Assembly (NCBI RefSeq): GCF_036688125.1
Contig: NZ_JBAFSM010000008.1
Location: 17,824 to 49,823 of the forward strand
Length of the DNA: 32,000 bases
Direction of reading: 5' to 3'
DNA from: Pannus brasiliensis CCIBt3594
GTDB taxonomy: Bacteria; Cyanobacteriota; Cyanobacteriia; Cyanobacteriales; Microcystaceae
The notes below the pieces were generated by a model, which saw nothing but the letters and a program-made list of their open reading frames with translations, was not told the DNA's origin and did no database searches. This document shows, in pieces, positions 1 through 7,605 of this stretch (positions within the stretch are counted from its first letter, which is position 1; the number at the start of each line of letters is the position of its first letter). Position numbers and translations under genes: made by a program.

Positions 1-28
1 CCGAGAGTCATGGAATTCGGGAGTGAAT

Positions 29-211
29 TTAGGATGGAAACGATCGCCGCCAGAGAGCGATCGTCAGGACGGTAAACGGCGCGAGGACGAGGCAGATCGC
101 GTTCAACGGGGTAGGAGAAACCGGGAGAAAGGGGGCGAGATATTTGATGGCGACGGAAATCGCCGCCGAAAGAATCAGAATTTTGCCGAGAAAACTCGCT
201 CGATCGATCAT
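29..211 (-). CDS. possible small membrane protein (60 aa, two hydrophobic segments)
   Basis: ORF-track ORF with two hydrophobic stretches (FLGKILILSAAISVAI; AICLVLAPFTVLTIAL). It lies co-directional and downstream of the response regulator. No recognisable domain, and the opposite-strand ORF 23..265 is Arg/Glu/Gly-rich shadow-like. Confidence 0.3.
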   Translation of the reverse strand: MIDRASFLGKILILSAAISVAIKYLAPFLPVSPTPLNAICLVLAPFTVLTIALWRRSFPS

Positions 212-321
212 GCTAACAGTTCGGGAGGGGGTATTTCTATACTATCGAGATTCGGGGATACATAAAAACGTGACAGCGCTCGGAACGACTGCCACGGTGG
301 AGGAGAAGGGAACAAAAGCGT

Positions 322-870
322 TTACAGTAACTTTTTCTTGATGAAAGCGACAAGCTGGGACAGTTGTTTTCTCGTCAGGTCCAGATCCGATCGCAGTCGC
401 GCGACCTCCGCCTTGAGAGCCTCGATCTCGTCGGTCGGCCGGCCCTTCCCGGCCGGCGTGACCGTCGGACGCGCGATCGGATGTTTCTTCGCCTTTTCCA
501 TCGCCTCCTTGATCGCCTGAAGGAGTTGTTTCTGCTCGAAAGGCTTCTCGATAAAGGAGAAATACTCGAACGGTTCCGGTAATTTCTCGACCACTTCCTC
601 TTTCCGTCCCGACATTAACACCAGCGGGATCGTCTTGAGGTGTTCTTCTTTCTGGATTTCTTGATAGACTTCCCAGCCGCTCATTTTCGGCAGGAGGAAA
701 TCGAGCATGATCAGGTTAGGATTCTCCGAACGAATAAGATGATAGCCCTCCAGTCCATCGCGAGCTTCGAGGATTTCCACGTTACCCTCCGGTAACATAT
801 CCCTGACCCGCATCCGAATGACCCTACTATCATCGATAACGAGAATTTTATGACTGGACACGATGGACAC
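322..870 (-). CDS. CheY-like response regulator (receiver domain plus C-terminal coiled-coil-like tail)
   Basis: 182-aa ORF with intact receiver signatures: ILVIDDS acidic pocket, phospho-acceptor Asp in LIMLDFLLPKMSG, LVLMSG, and Lys in IEKPF. The last ~45 aa are heptad-like (EIEALKAEVARLRSDLDLTRKQLSQL). Confidence 0.85.
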   Translation of the reverse strand: MSIVSSHKILVIDDSRVIRMRVRDMLPEGNVEILEARDGLEGYHLIRSENPNLIMLDFLLPKMSGWEVYQEIQKEEHLKTIPLVLMSGRKEEVVEKLPEPFEYFSFIEKPFEQKQLLQAIKEAMEKAKKHPIARPTVTPAGKGRPTDEIEALKAEVARLRSDLDLTRKQLSQLVAFIKKKLL

Positions 871-1008
871 CTTACAAAGAGACAGTGAACTTATAGTATA
901 GATCGCTGGCGATGATCGCGATAAGCACCGAGATTCGGATAATTTTCGATCGAACCTCCCGGATCACAGTTCTAGCATTCCCCGCGAGCGCGAAAAACTA
1001 ACAGGGAT

Positions 1009-1035
1009 AAAAAAAACCTCGGTGCTTGTCCGAGG
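1009..1035 (-). terminator. rho-independent terminator-like hairpin (minus strand)
   Basis: The minus strand reads CCTCGG-acaagca-CCGAGG followed directly by T8. On the plus strand this is A8 at 1009-1016 and stems at 1017-1022 and 1030-1035. Confidence 0.6.
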
Positions 1036-1111
1036 CCGCTATTGTAGGAGAACTCAATGCAAAACAAAAGAGAGATACCAAAACAACTTTTGTTGCGGTA
1101 ATCATCTTTAT
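1009..1111 (-). ncRNA. candidate small RNA (~100 nt) bounded by a sigma70-like promoter and the terminator
   Basis: A promoter-like TTTACA-17 nt-TAAAAT lies upstream and a hairpin plus T8 downstream. No ORF of 60 aa or more is present. The family is unknown and this is prediction only. Confidence 0.35.
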
Positions 1112-1117
1112 TAGTCT

Positions 1118-1146
1118 ATTTTACTAAAAAATTTCGGAAATGTAAA
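1118..1146 (-). promoter_or_regulatory. sigma70-type promoter-like element (-35 TTTACA, 17-nt spacer, -10 TAAAAT)
   Basis: Read on the minus strand: TTTACA at 1146-1141 and TAAAAT at 1123-1118. Each hexamer matches consensus at 5 of 6 positions, with the optimal 17-nt spacer. Confidence 0.4.
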
Positions 1147-1192
1147 ATTGTAAAGATTAGTTGACAAAAAGTTCCGATTCGGTAAAGGAGGG

Positions 1193-1325
1193 GGCGGGAG
1201 AGGAGGGAGGGAAAAGGTGAAAGGGTCAGGGGGAAAAGCGTAAGAAAGCTCTTTTCCCTTTTCCGGGGACGCTTTTCCCCGAAAAATTTTCCCATCCCCT
1301 CACCCTCCCTCCTCTCCCCACTCCC
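1193..1325. repeat. G-rich/C-rich inverted-repeat intergenic element, copy 1 of 3
   Basis: Shares GGCGGGAG..GAGGGAGGGAAAAGGTGAAAGGGT, ..AGAAAGCTCTTTTCCCTTTTCC.. and ..CCCATCCCCTCAC.. with the copies at 3494 and 23060. The left purine-rich arm is complementary to the right pyrimidine-rich arm. Confidence 0.85.
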
Positions 1326-1371
1326 TACCGCGGGTGCGACAATGAGAGAGGACAGATCGCGAGGGAACGGG

Positions 1372-2499
1372 ATGACTCGATCGTATTTCGCCACGACCGC
1401 CAGAGGACTAGAAGAGATCGCCGCGCGGGAACTAGAAAGTCTCGGCGCGGGGGATATCCGTCCGGTATTCACGGGGGTACATTTCACCGGGGATACCGCG
1501 CTCCTCTACCGGGTGAATCTCTGGTCGCGAATTCTGTTTCGGGTGTTGGTTCCCGTTGTCGAGGTCGCCTGTCGGGACGCGGAAGAACTCCATCGCGAGA
1601 TCCGGCGGCTCGATTGGGAGGAATATATAACCCCGGAACAGACCTTCGCCGTTCACTGTACGGGAACCAATCGCCACCTGAATCACACCCGTTACACCGC
1701 GCTCACCGTCAAGAACGCGATCGTCGATCGACAGCGCGACCGGGACGGGGAACGATCGTTCGTGGATACGGAAAGCCCGGATCTGTTGATTAACGTTCAT
1801 ATCGAGGGCGATCGGGGTCTGGTGAGTTTCGATAGTTCCGGGGGAAGTCTGCACCGTCGGGGCTATCACGTCGCGATGGGAACCGCGCCCCTGAAAGAAA
1901 GTCTCGCGGCCGCCATGCTGGAATTGTCGGGATGGACGGACGATCTACCTTTATTAGATCCCTTCTGCGGTTCGGGAACGATCCCGATCGAGGCCGCCTT
2001 AAAAGCCTTACATATCGCCCCCGGTTTAGCCCGTTCCGAGTTCGGTTTTCAGAAATGGAACGATTTCCAGCCCGATCTCTGGGAATCTCTGGTAAAAGAG
2101 GCCAAAGAAAGTCAAAAAGACTCGTTAAACTCGATTATCCACGCGAGCGACGCGGACGAAACGACCTTACAACAGGCGATCGATAACGCGTACTTCTCCG
2201 GGGTAGAGAATTTTATCCGGTTCCAACGCGAGGAGATCGATCGGCTCGAACCGCCGGGCGATCGGGGTATCATCCTCTGTAACCCTCCCTACGGCAAACG
2301 TCTGGGCGACGTGTCGGAATTGGGCGCTCTCTATAAAACTTTCGGCGACGTGTTGAAACAGCGATTTAAAGGTTGGACGGCGTACATCCTATCGGGCAAT
2401 AAGGAACTCACCAAACAGATCGGTTTACGTTCCTCCCGCCGCGTCCCGTTGTTTAACGGTTCGATTCCCTGCACTTTGCTCAAGTACGAGTTGTATTAA
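1372..2499 (+). CDS. THUMP-domain class I SAM-dependent RNA methyltransferase (RlmL/YpsC-like)
   Basis: SAM-binding motif I is LLDPFCGSGTIPIEAA and catalytic motif IV is ILCNPPYGKRLG, with an N-terminal THUMP-like region. The ORF-track start is 1342, but I prefer the Met at 1372 (MTRSYFATTARGLE) because 1342 abuts the repeat element. Confidence 0.8.
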   Translation: MTRSYFATTARGLEEIAARELESLGAGDIRPVFTGVHFTGDTALLYRVNLWSRILFRVLVPVVEVACRDAEELHREIRRLDWEEYITPEQTFAVHCTGTNRHLNHTRYTALTVKNAIVDRQRDRDGERSFVDTESPDLLINVHIEGDRGLVSFDSSGGSLHRRGYHVAMGTAPLKESLAAAMLELSGWTDDLPLLDPFCGSGTIPIEAALKALHIAPGLARSEFGFQKWNDFQPDLWESLVKEAKESQKDSLNSIIHASDADETTLQQAIDNAYFSGVENFIRFQREEIDRLEPPGDRGIILCNPPYGKRLGDVSELGALYKTFGDVLKQRFKGWTAYILSGNKELTKQIGLRSSRRVPLFNGSIPCTLLKYELY

Positions 2500-2644
2500 A
2501 TCCCCGCCGCGCGGTGGATACGAGAGAGGGTCGATCGCTCCCCGAAGAACGACGGAAGAGGGTGGAACGATGGATATACATTATATATATACGTGTCAAT
2601 CGATGACCGCCGACTTTTCCCCGTAACTCGTAAGGAGACCTTTC

Positions 2645-3475
2645 ATGACAGACAATCGATCGCCCATTCCCGTTGTCGTTAACGGCGCGGCCGGCAAGAT
2701 GGGACGGGAAGTGATCAAGGCCGTGGCCCGATCGAACGATATGATCCTCGTCGGGGCGGTCGATCGGGATCTCTCCGTCCGCGGCCGGGACGCGGGAGAA
2801 GTCGCCGGCTACGAACCCCTCGAAGTCCCGATCGTCGATGACCTGCAAAGCGTCCTCGTCCTTGCTACCCAAGAACGCGTTCAGGGAGTGATGGTCGATT
2901 TCACCCATCCCGACGGCGTTTACGAAAACACCCGAAGCGCCATCGCCTACGGGGTTCGTCCCGTCGTCGGCACCACCGGCCTGAAACCCGAACAGATTCA
3001 AGAATTAGCGGAATTCGCCGAAAAAGCTTCCACCGGCTGTCTGATTATCCCCAACTTCTCGATCGGCATGGTGCTACTACAACAGGCCGCCATTCAAGCC
3101 TCCCGATACTTCGATCACGTCGAGATCATCGAACTACACCACAACCAAAAAGCCGACGCGCCCAGCGGTACCGCGATCAAAACCGCGGAACTGCTCTCCG
3201 AGTTCGGAAAACCCTTCAATCCCCCCCTCGTCCCCGAAAAAGAAACCCTCGCCGGCGCTAGAGGCGGTCTCATCGGAGAGAACATCCGTATCCATAGCGT
3301 GCGCCTCCCCGGATTAATCGCCCATCAGGAAGTCATCTTCGGCGCTCCCGGCGAGATCTACACCCTCCGTCACGATACGAGCGATCGCTCCTGTTATATG
3401 CCCGGCGTACTCCTCGCTATCCGCAAAGTCACCGAACTCAAATCCCTCGTCTACGGACTGGAGAAAATCCTATAA
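2645..3475 (+). CDS. dapB: 4-hydroxy-tetrahydrodipicolinate reductase
   Basis: Has the N-terminal NAD(P)-binding [13 protein letters not shown] and the DapB signature [18 protein letters not shown]. Length is 276 aa, and an AAGGAG Shine-Dalgarno sequence lies just upstream of the ATG. Confidence 0.93.
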   Translation: MTDNRSPIPVVVNGAAGKMGREVIKAVARSNDMILVGAVDRDLSVRGRDAGEVAGYEPLEVPIVDDLQSVLVLATQERVQGVMVDFTHPDGVYENTRSAIAYGVRPVVGTTGLKPEQIQELAEFAEKASTGCLIIPNFSIGMVLLQQAAIQASRYFDHVEIIELHHNQKADAPSGTAIKTAELLSEFGKPFNPPLVPEKETLAGARGGLIGENIRIHSVRLPGLIAHQEVIFGAPGEIYTLRHDTSDRSCYMPGVLLAIRKVTELKSLVYGLEKIL

Positions 3476-3493
3476 ATCGCCGGGGATAAGAGA

Positions 3494-3636
3494 GGCGGGA
3501 GGTGAGGGAGGGAAAAGGTGAAAGGGTAAAGGGCAAAGGTGAAAAGCTTAAGAATGCTCTTTTCCCTTTTCCGGCGGCCCTTTACCCTAAAAAATTCCCC
3601 CATCCCCTCACCTCTCCCATCTCACTCACCTCCCCC
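3494..3636. repeat. G-rich/C-rich inverted-repeat intergenic element, copy 2 of 3
   Basis: Begins 19 nt after the dapB stop. It contains the perfect complementary pair GGGTAAAGGGC / GCCCTTTACCC and the outer pair GGGAGGTGAGGG / CCCTCACCTCTCCC around a central AAGCTTAAGAATGCTC loop. Confidence 0.85.
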
Positions 3637-3683
3637 TACTCTATTTACTCGCCCGAATCTGTCTATAATCGAATCGTCCATCA

Positions 3684-3711
3684 CCCCACCTCCCCACCTC
3701 CCCACCTCCCC
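3684..3711. repeat. octamer tandem repeat (CCCCACCT) x3.5
   Basis: CCCCACCT occurs at 3684, 3692 and 3700, followed by CCCC. It ends 12 nt before the ATG at 3723. Confidence 0.9.
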
Positions 3712-3722
3712 GCTCTCGAAAA

Positions 3723-4430
3723 ATGCTAGTCCCCCTTACCCGCGAAACCTTCAATCAACTCATTCCCCCGATCGCCACCGGGCCTCAATACGCGTGTTAC
3801 TGGGGAAAATGGCCGGATGTCCTGCAACGTCTCTTTATTTCCGTCGTCGCGCTAACCGCCGCCTGGCTCATCGGGATGTTATTCGGCCCCGGCGGCATCG
3901 CGGTTAAATTGATCTTCGATATTATCGCCGGGATGTATTGGCTGTGGGGGCCGGTATATTGGGCGAGCCTTCGCAACAGCACCTATCGCCGGATTCCCTA
4001 CTGCGGCTTCTGGCGCGGTCGGGTGTTGGATGCCTTCGTCACCGAGGAGTTAGTCGGCGAGGAGGAAACGGTTAACCCGCGCGGGGAGTTGGTGATCGTC
4101 GAGAATCGGGAAAAGTGTATTAACTTGGAAATCGGCGATCGGGACGGCTTTTCCGCGATTGTCCGCGCCCCGCTCCAACGGATTCACAAGTCGATCCGTC
4201 CCGGTATGATCGCGGAAACCTTGTTCCTTTCCCGATCGCCCGATCTGGGCGAAGTTACCAAGATCGCCGATATCTACCTCCCCCAACTCGATCGATGGGT
4301 GGGCGAGTACCCCTACCTCCGTCGCGATCTCTTCCGTCAGGTTAGCCGGGAACTGGGCGGCCAACCGGAACCCCGTCCCACCCCCGATCGCTCCGCGAAT
4401 CGGGCTATCCGGCGACGGACGCGCCGATAA
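3723..4430 (+). CDS. hypothetical membrane protein (two predicted TM helices, basic C-terminal tail)
   Basis: 235-aa ORF with hydrophobic helices LFISVVALTAAWLIGMLFG and LIFDIIAGMYWLWGPVYW and an Arg-rich C-terminus. I recognise no domain. Confidence 0.65.
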   Translation: MLVPLTRETFNQLIPPIATGPQYACYWGKWPDVLQRLFISVVALTAAWLIGMLFGPGGIAVKLIFDIIAGMYWLWGPVYWASLRNSTYRRIPYCGFWRGRVLDAFVTEELVGEEETVNPRGELVIVENREKCINLEIGDRDGFSAIVRAPLQRIHKSIRPGMIAETLFLSRSPDLGEVTKIADIYLPQLDRWVGEYPYLRRDLFRQVSRELGGQPEPRPTPDRSANRAIRRRTRR

Positions 4431-4996
4431 ATCCCCTACAAATCCTCTCCGCGAGCGCGAGATCGCCCCGAACCATCAAGATTCCTAATCAAATCGCTCA
4501 ATCTAGGTTATAACAGTCCATAAACACCTTTCTGTCAACCCCGGATTAAAAATTTTAATCCGAACCGACCCTCTCATTGAAAATTCTCGTCAAAAACTCG
4601 GGTTTTTGTATACGGGAATACCGCGGGAAAAGAAACTATCTGTATCTATAGCTCGGGAGCGCGCTTCGCCCGCGATCGCTACAAGTCCCATCAATACTAC
4701 CCTTTCCTTCCCGAACAGCGGTCCCGATTCCGTGAATTCCCGGACGATCGAGAGCGATCGCGCGGCAAAAAAAACCAAACCCAACATCTTAACCCGCTTT
4801 TTCGAGGCTGTCAACCCTTGATTTGAATTTTTGATTTCCCTCTGTGGGAACGATTTGAATTCTCGTAATAACCTACCAATTTTCCGTGATACGGTTGAAC
4901 AGAACGTGAACGAAATCACTTCTCGACACCAAGAGGAAAGTTAGCAAATTCCCCGATTTTATCCGAGAAATCTGCTAACGCACTGTAAGCAAGCCT

Positions 4997-5734
4997 ATGA
5001 AAAAACTACTGTTAAACCAACTGAGTAAGCTAACCCTACTCACGCTCGTAGGGGCTACCGCCACTCTCATCGGTTCTCAAAAGCAAGGATTAGCCGACAG
5101 TCTGACGAATCATTCCCTAAATCGTCAAACTGTCTCCGAAGCATCGGTTCGATCGGATATCTCCATCGGGCGGGAAGCTCGGATCGCTCAATCAGTTACC
5201 ACGTTATCACAGTCGGGTACTTTTCATAGTAACGAAATTCTAAAAACTTTAGAGCCGTCGGTGGGCGGAGAAAATACCGTCCCCGCGGGCCAACCGGCAT
5301 CTCCCGGATCGTCCATCGCGCCGACCGTTCAACCCGATCGAAACCAGCCCGCGCCCGCTTCTTCCCAATCCGTGAATAGGGATTCGGTCAAACCGCAAGC
5401 GAAACCCTCGGCGAGCCAAGGGACTAAGGGACAGACCCGAGCGAGAAAACAAGGGATGGCTTCCTGGTACGGGCCCGGGTTCCACGGGCGCAGAACCGCG
5501 AGCGGCGAGCGTTTTAACTCGGGAGGTTACACCGCGGCCCATCGGTATCTTCCCTTCGGGACGCGGGTGCGCGTGACCAACACCCGGAACGGCCGTTCGG
5601 TAGTGGTACGGATCAACGATCGCGGCCCTTTCAGCGGCGGTAGGGTAATCGACCTCTCCACCGGCGCGGCCCGGGCGATCGGCGTGTTTCAATCGGGAGT
5701 CGCCCCCGTGGTTTTAGAGGTTCTGGGACGCTAA
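4997..5734 (+). CDS. rlpA: RlpA-like septal ring lytic transglycosylase / double-psi beta-barrel protein
   Basis: Has an N-terminal signal/anchor, a low-complexity Ser/Pro/Gln linker, and the C-terminal RlpA motif [19 protein letters not shown]...[14 protein letters not shown]. Confidence 0.85.
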   Translation: MKKLLLNQLSKLTLLTLVGATATLIGSQKQGLADSLTNHSLNRQTVSEASVRSDISIGREARIAQSVTTLSQSGTFHSNEILKTLEPSVGGENTVPAGQPASPGSSIAPTVQPDRNQPAPASSQSVNRDSVKPQAKPSASQGTKGQTRARKQGMASWYGPGFHGRRTASGERFNSGGYTAAHRYLPFGTRVRVTNTRNGRSVVVRINDRGPFSGGRVIDLSTGAARAIGVFQSGVAPVVLEVLGR

Positions 5735-5815
5735 CAAAGTGTAAGCTAGGAAAGGTGCATATTCGTACCTCTCGATCGGAATCGATCGGGGCGTTAATTC
5801 CCAGGAGCGAAATCC

Positions 5816-7360
5816 GTGCGTTTATTCACGACGATCGCCGGTACGCGTACCTTCCTAGATAGCCTACGCCCGAACCGGACTATCGCCCTCGTCCCGACGA
5901 TGGGCGCCCTCCACCGCGGTCACGAAAGCTTGATCCGGCGCGCGGTCGCCGAGGCGGACGTGGCCGTTGTCAGTATTTTTGTCAACCCGCTTCAATTCGG
6001 CCCGAACGAAGATCTTTCCCGTTATCCCCGCTCGCTGGAGAGCGATCGCCAACTCTGCGAGGCGTTGGGCGTGAAAGTGATGTTCGCCCCGGATAACGCG
6101 ACGATGGGGATCGACGATGGGCGCTCGCTCGACGAGATCGTTCGGGTCGTTCCCCCGATCGCCATGACGGAGCGGCTGTGCGGCGCTTTCCGTCCCGGCC
6201 ATTTCGAGGGAGTGGCCACGATCGTCACGCGACTTTTCCAGATTATCCGACCGTCGATCGCCTATTTCGGCGAGAAGGACGCGCAACAACTCGCGATTAT
6301 CCGCCGCTTGGTAGCGGATCTGAATATTCCCGTGGAGATCCGTTCCTGTCCGACGGTGCGGGAGGAATCGGGACTGGCTCTAAGTTCGCGCAATCGCTAT
6401 CTCTCGGACTCGGAACGAGAAAAGGCGACGATTCTCTGGCTGGGTCTGCGCGCGGCCCTCTCCCGTTTCCAAGACGGCGAGCGCGACCGGACGGCGTTAC
6501 TGGATACCGTCCGGGAAACCCTCGCCCTCGTCCCGGATTTTCACGAGCAGTATGTCGATCTGGTCGATCCGCTGACCTTGAATCCCCGGTCGACGATCGA
6601 GCGGGAAGGATTGTTGGCGATCGCCGGCTATCTGGGAAACACGCGCCTGATCGACAATCTACTCCTGCGCCGGCGGCAACCGACGATCGCCATCGACGGG
6701 CCGGCGGGCGCGGGTAAATCTACCGTTACCCGTCGCGTCGCCCGAGAGTTGGGTTTGCTATATCTGGATACCGGGGCGATGTACCGCGCGGTGACGTGGT
6801 TGGTGATGGAGGAGGGGATCGCGAGCGGGGACGAGGCGGCGATCGCCGAAGCGGTCGCCAAAGCGCGGATCGAGTTCCTCCCCCCCCCGAGTGTCGATCG
6901 GGAGCCGACGGTAAAAATCAACGGGCGGGACGTGACGGGCGCCATCCGCGAACCGGAGATCGCGGCCCGGGTGTCGGCGATCGCGGCGATGAAGGCGGTA
7001 CGCGAACGATTGGTCGGGCTTCAACGGGAGATCGGGCGATCGGGGGGAATCGTCGTGGAAGGACGCGATATCGGCACGAACGTTTTCCCCGACGCGGAAT
7101 TGAAGATTTTTCTCACCGCGAGTCCGCTGGAGCGGGCGAAACGGAGATGGAAGGATCTCGAACAACGGGGCCGATCGGGGATCTCGTTGGAAAAACTGGA
7201 ACAAGAAATCCGCGAGCGCGACCATCTCGATAGTAACCGCCCCTTATCGCCCCTGATGAAAGCGATCGACGCGATCGAGGTGAATACCGACCATCTGACG
7301 ATCGAGGCGGTCACGGAAAAGATCGTTTTCCTATACCGGGAAAAGATTAAAATTCCGTAA
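5816..7360 (+). CDS. panC/cmk: bifunctional pantoate--beta-alanine ligase / (d)CMP kinase
   Basis: The N-terminal PanC half carries PTMGALHRGHESL (HxGH). The C-terminal cytidylate kinase half carries the IAIDGPAGAGKSTV P-loop. This fusion is typical of cyanobacteria. The start codon is GTG. Confidence 0.92.
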   Translation: MRLFTTIAGTRTFLDSLRPNRTIALVPTMGALHRGHESLIRRAVAEADVAVVSIFVNPLQFGPNEDLSRYPRSLESDRQLCEALGVKVMFAPDNATMGIDDGRSLDEIVRVVPPIAMTERLCGAFRPGHFEGVATIVTRLFQIIRPSIAYFGEKDAQQLAIIRRLVADLNIPVEIRSCPTVREESGLALSSRNRYLSDSEREKATILWLGLRAALSRFQDGERDRTALLDTVRETLALVPDFHEQYVDLVDPLTLNPRSTIEREGLLAIAGYLGNTRLIDNLLLRRRQPTIAIDGPAGAGKSTVTRRVARELGLLYLDTGAMYRAVTWLVMEEGIASGDEAAIAEAVAKARIEFLPPPSVDREPTVKINGRDVTGAIREPEIAARVSAIAAMKAVRERLVGLQREIGRSGGIVVEGRDIGTNVFPDAELKIFLTASPLERAKRRWKDLEQRGRSGISLEKLEQEIRERDHLDSNRPLSPLMKAIDAIEVNTDHLTIEAVTEKIVFLYREKIKIP

Positions 7361-7541
7361 TGAACGCTTTACGCTTTCTAGTATCTGCCTTACGATAGAT
7401 GTCATGATATGCTGACCGATTCTCAGCCCTGTCGGGAATGGTCATCCGGGTCAGTTCGCCCGACTCCGCTTTGAATTTTTTTCCGTCCCCCGCTCGGGTG
7501 GGGGCGACAAGAATAGAGGGATCGCCCGTCGGCGGAATTTT

Positions 7542-7580
7542 TCGAGCGGGGCGAGGTTCGATTCCCTGTCTCTCGATCCA
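7542..7580 (+). other. tRNA-like 3' fragment (T-loop GGTTCGATTCC plus acceptor-like stem, ...TCCA)
   Basis: A canonical T-loop 11-mer lies at 7555-7565. It is enclosed by the TCGAG (7542-7546) / CTCGA (7572-7576) stem, and CCA sits at 7578-7580. No matching 5' half (D arm, anticodon arm, 5' acceptor strand) could be folded. Confidence 0.35.
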
Positions 7581-7605
7581 GGTGCGCTATCCCGATCCGC
7601 GAAAA

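Noticed and set aside
23-265. 80-aa plus-strand ORF at the left edge
   Set aside because: Its Arg/Glu/Gly/Asn-rich low-complexity translation is antisense to a more plausible small membrane-protein ORF.
1116-1487. ORFs running through the repeat elements (1116-1487 minus, 3502-3729 and 3539-3907 plus, 23010-23231 minus) that share peptide similarity
   Set aside because: Their similarity (..REKSFL..LTL.P.PSL.SRP, Gly/Lys/Glu or Pro/Ser/Leu runs) comes from translating the same DNA repeat. They overlap real gene starts and have no plausible protein composition.
4590-4919. 109-aa minus-strand ORF and 71-aa plus-strand ORF in the long spacer upstream of rlpA
   Set aside because: They have no start context and odd composition, and the two overlap each other in antisense. 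I treat the region as non-coding and flag it separately as a long gap.
5864-7314. Several ORFs of 68-179 aa overlapping panC/cmk on both strands (for example 6178-6717, 6796-7233, 6758-7225)
   Set aside because: All are Arg/Gly/Asp-rich low-complexity translations nested in a gene with clear PanC and Cmk motifs. None has domain signatures.
7500-7580. Possible complete tRNA or tmRNA gene suggested by GGTTCGATTCC...CCA
   Set aside because: No 5' acceptor strand complementary to TCTCTCG, no D arm and no anticodon arm could be found upstream. The CCA is one nucleotide out of register. A one-piece tmRNA would have to start inside panC/cmk. I kept it only as a tRNA-like fragment.
7361-7605. c-di-GMP riboswitch upstream of the GGDEF-EAL gene
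   Set aside because: I could not find the conserved GEMM-I/II core elements (for example GCAAAGCC-type or tetraloop-receptor features) in the leader. A cmsearch would be needed to be certain.
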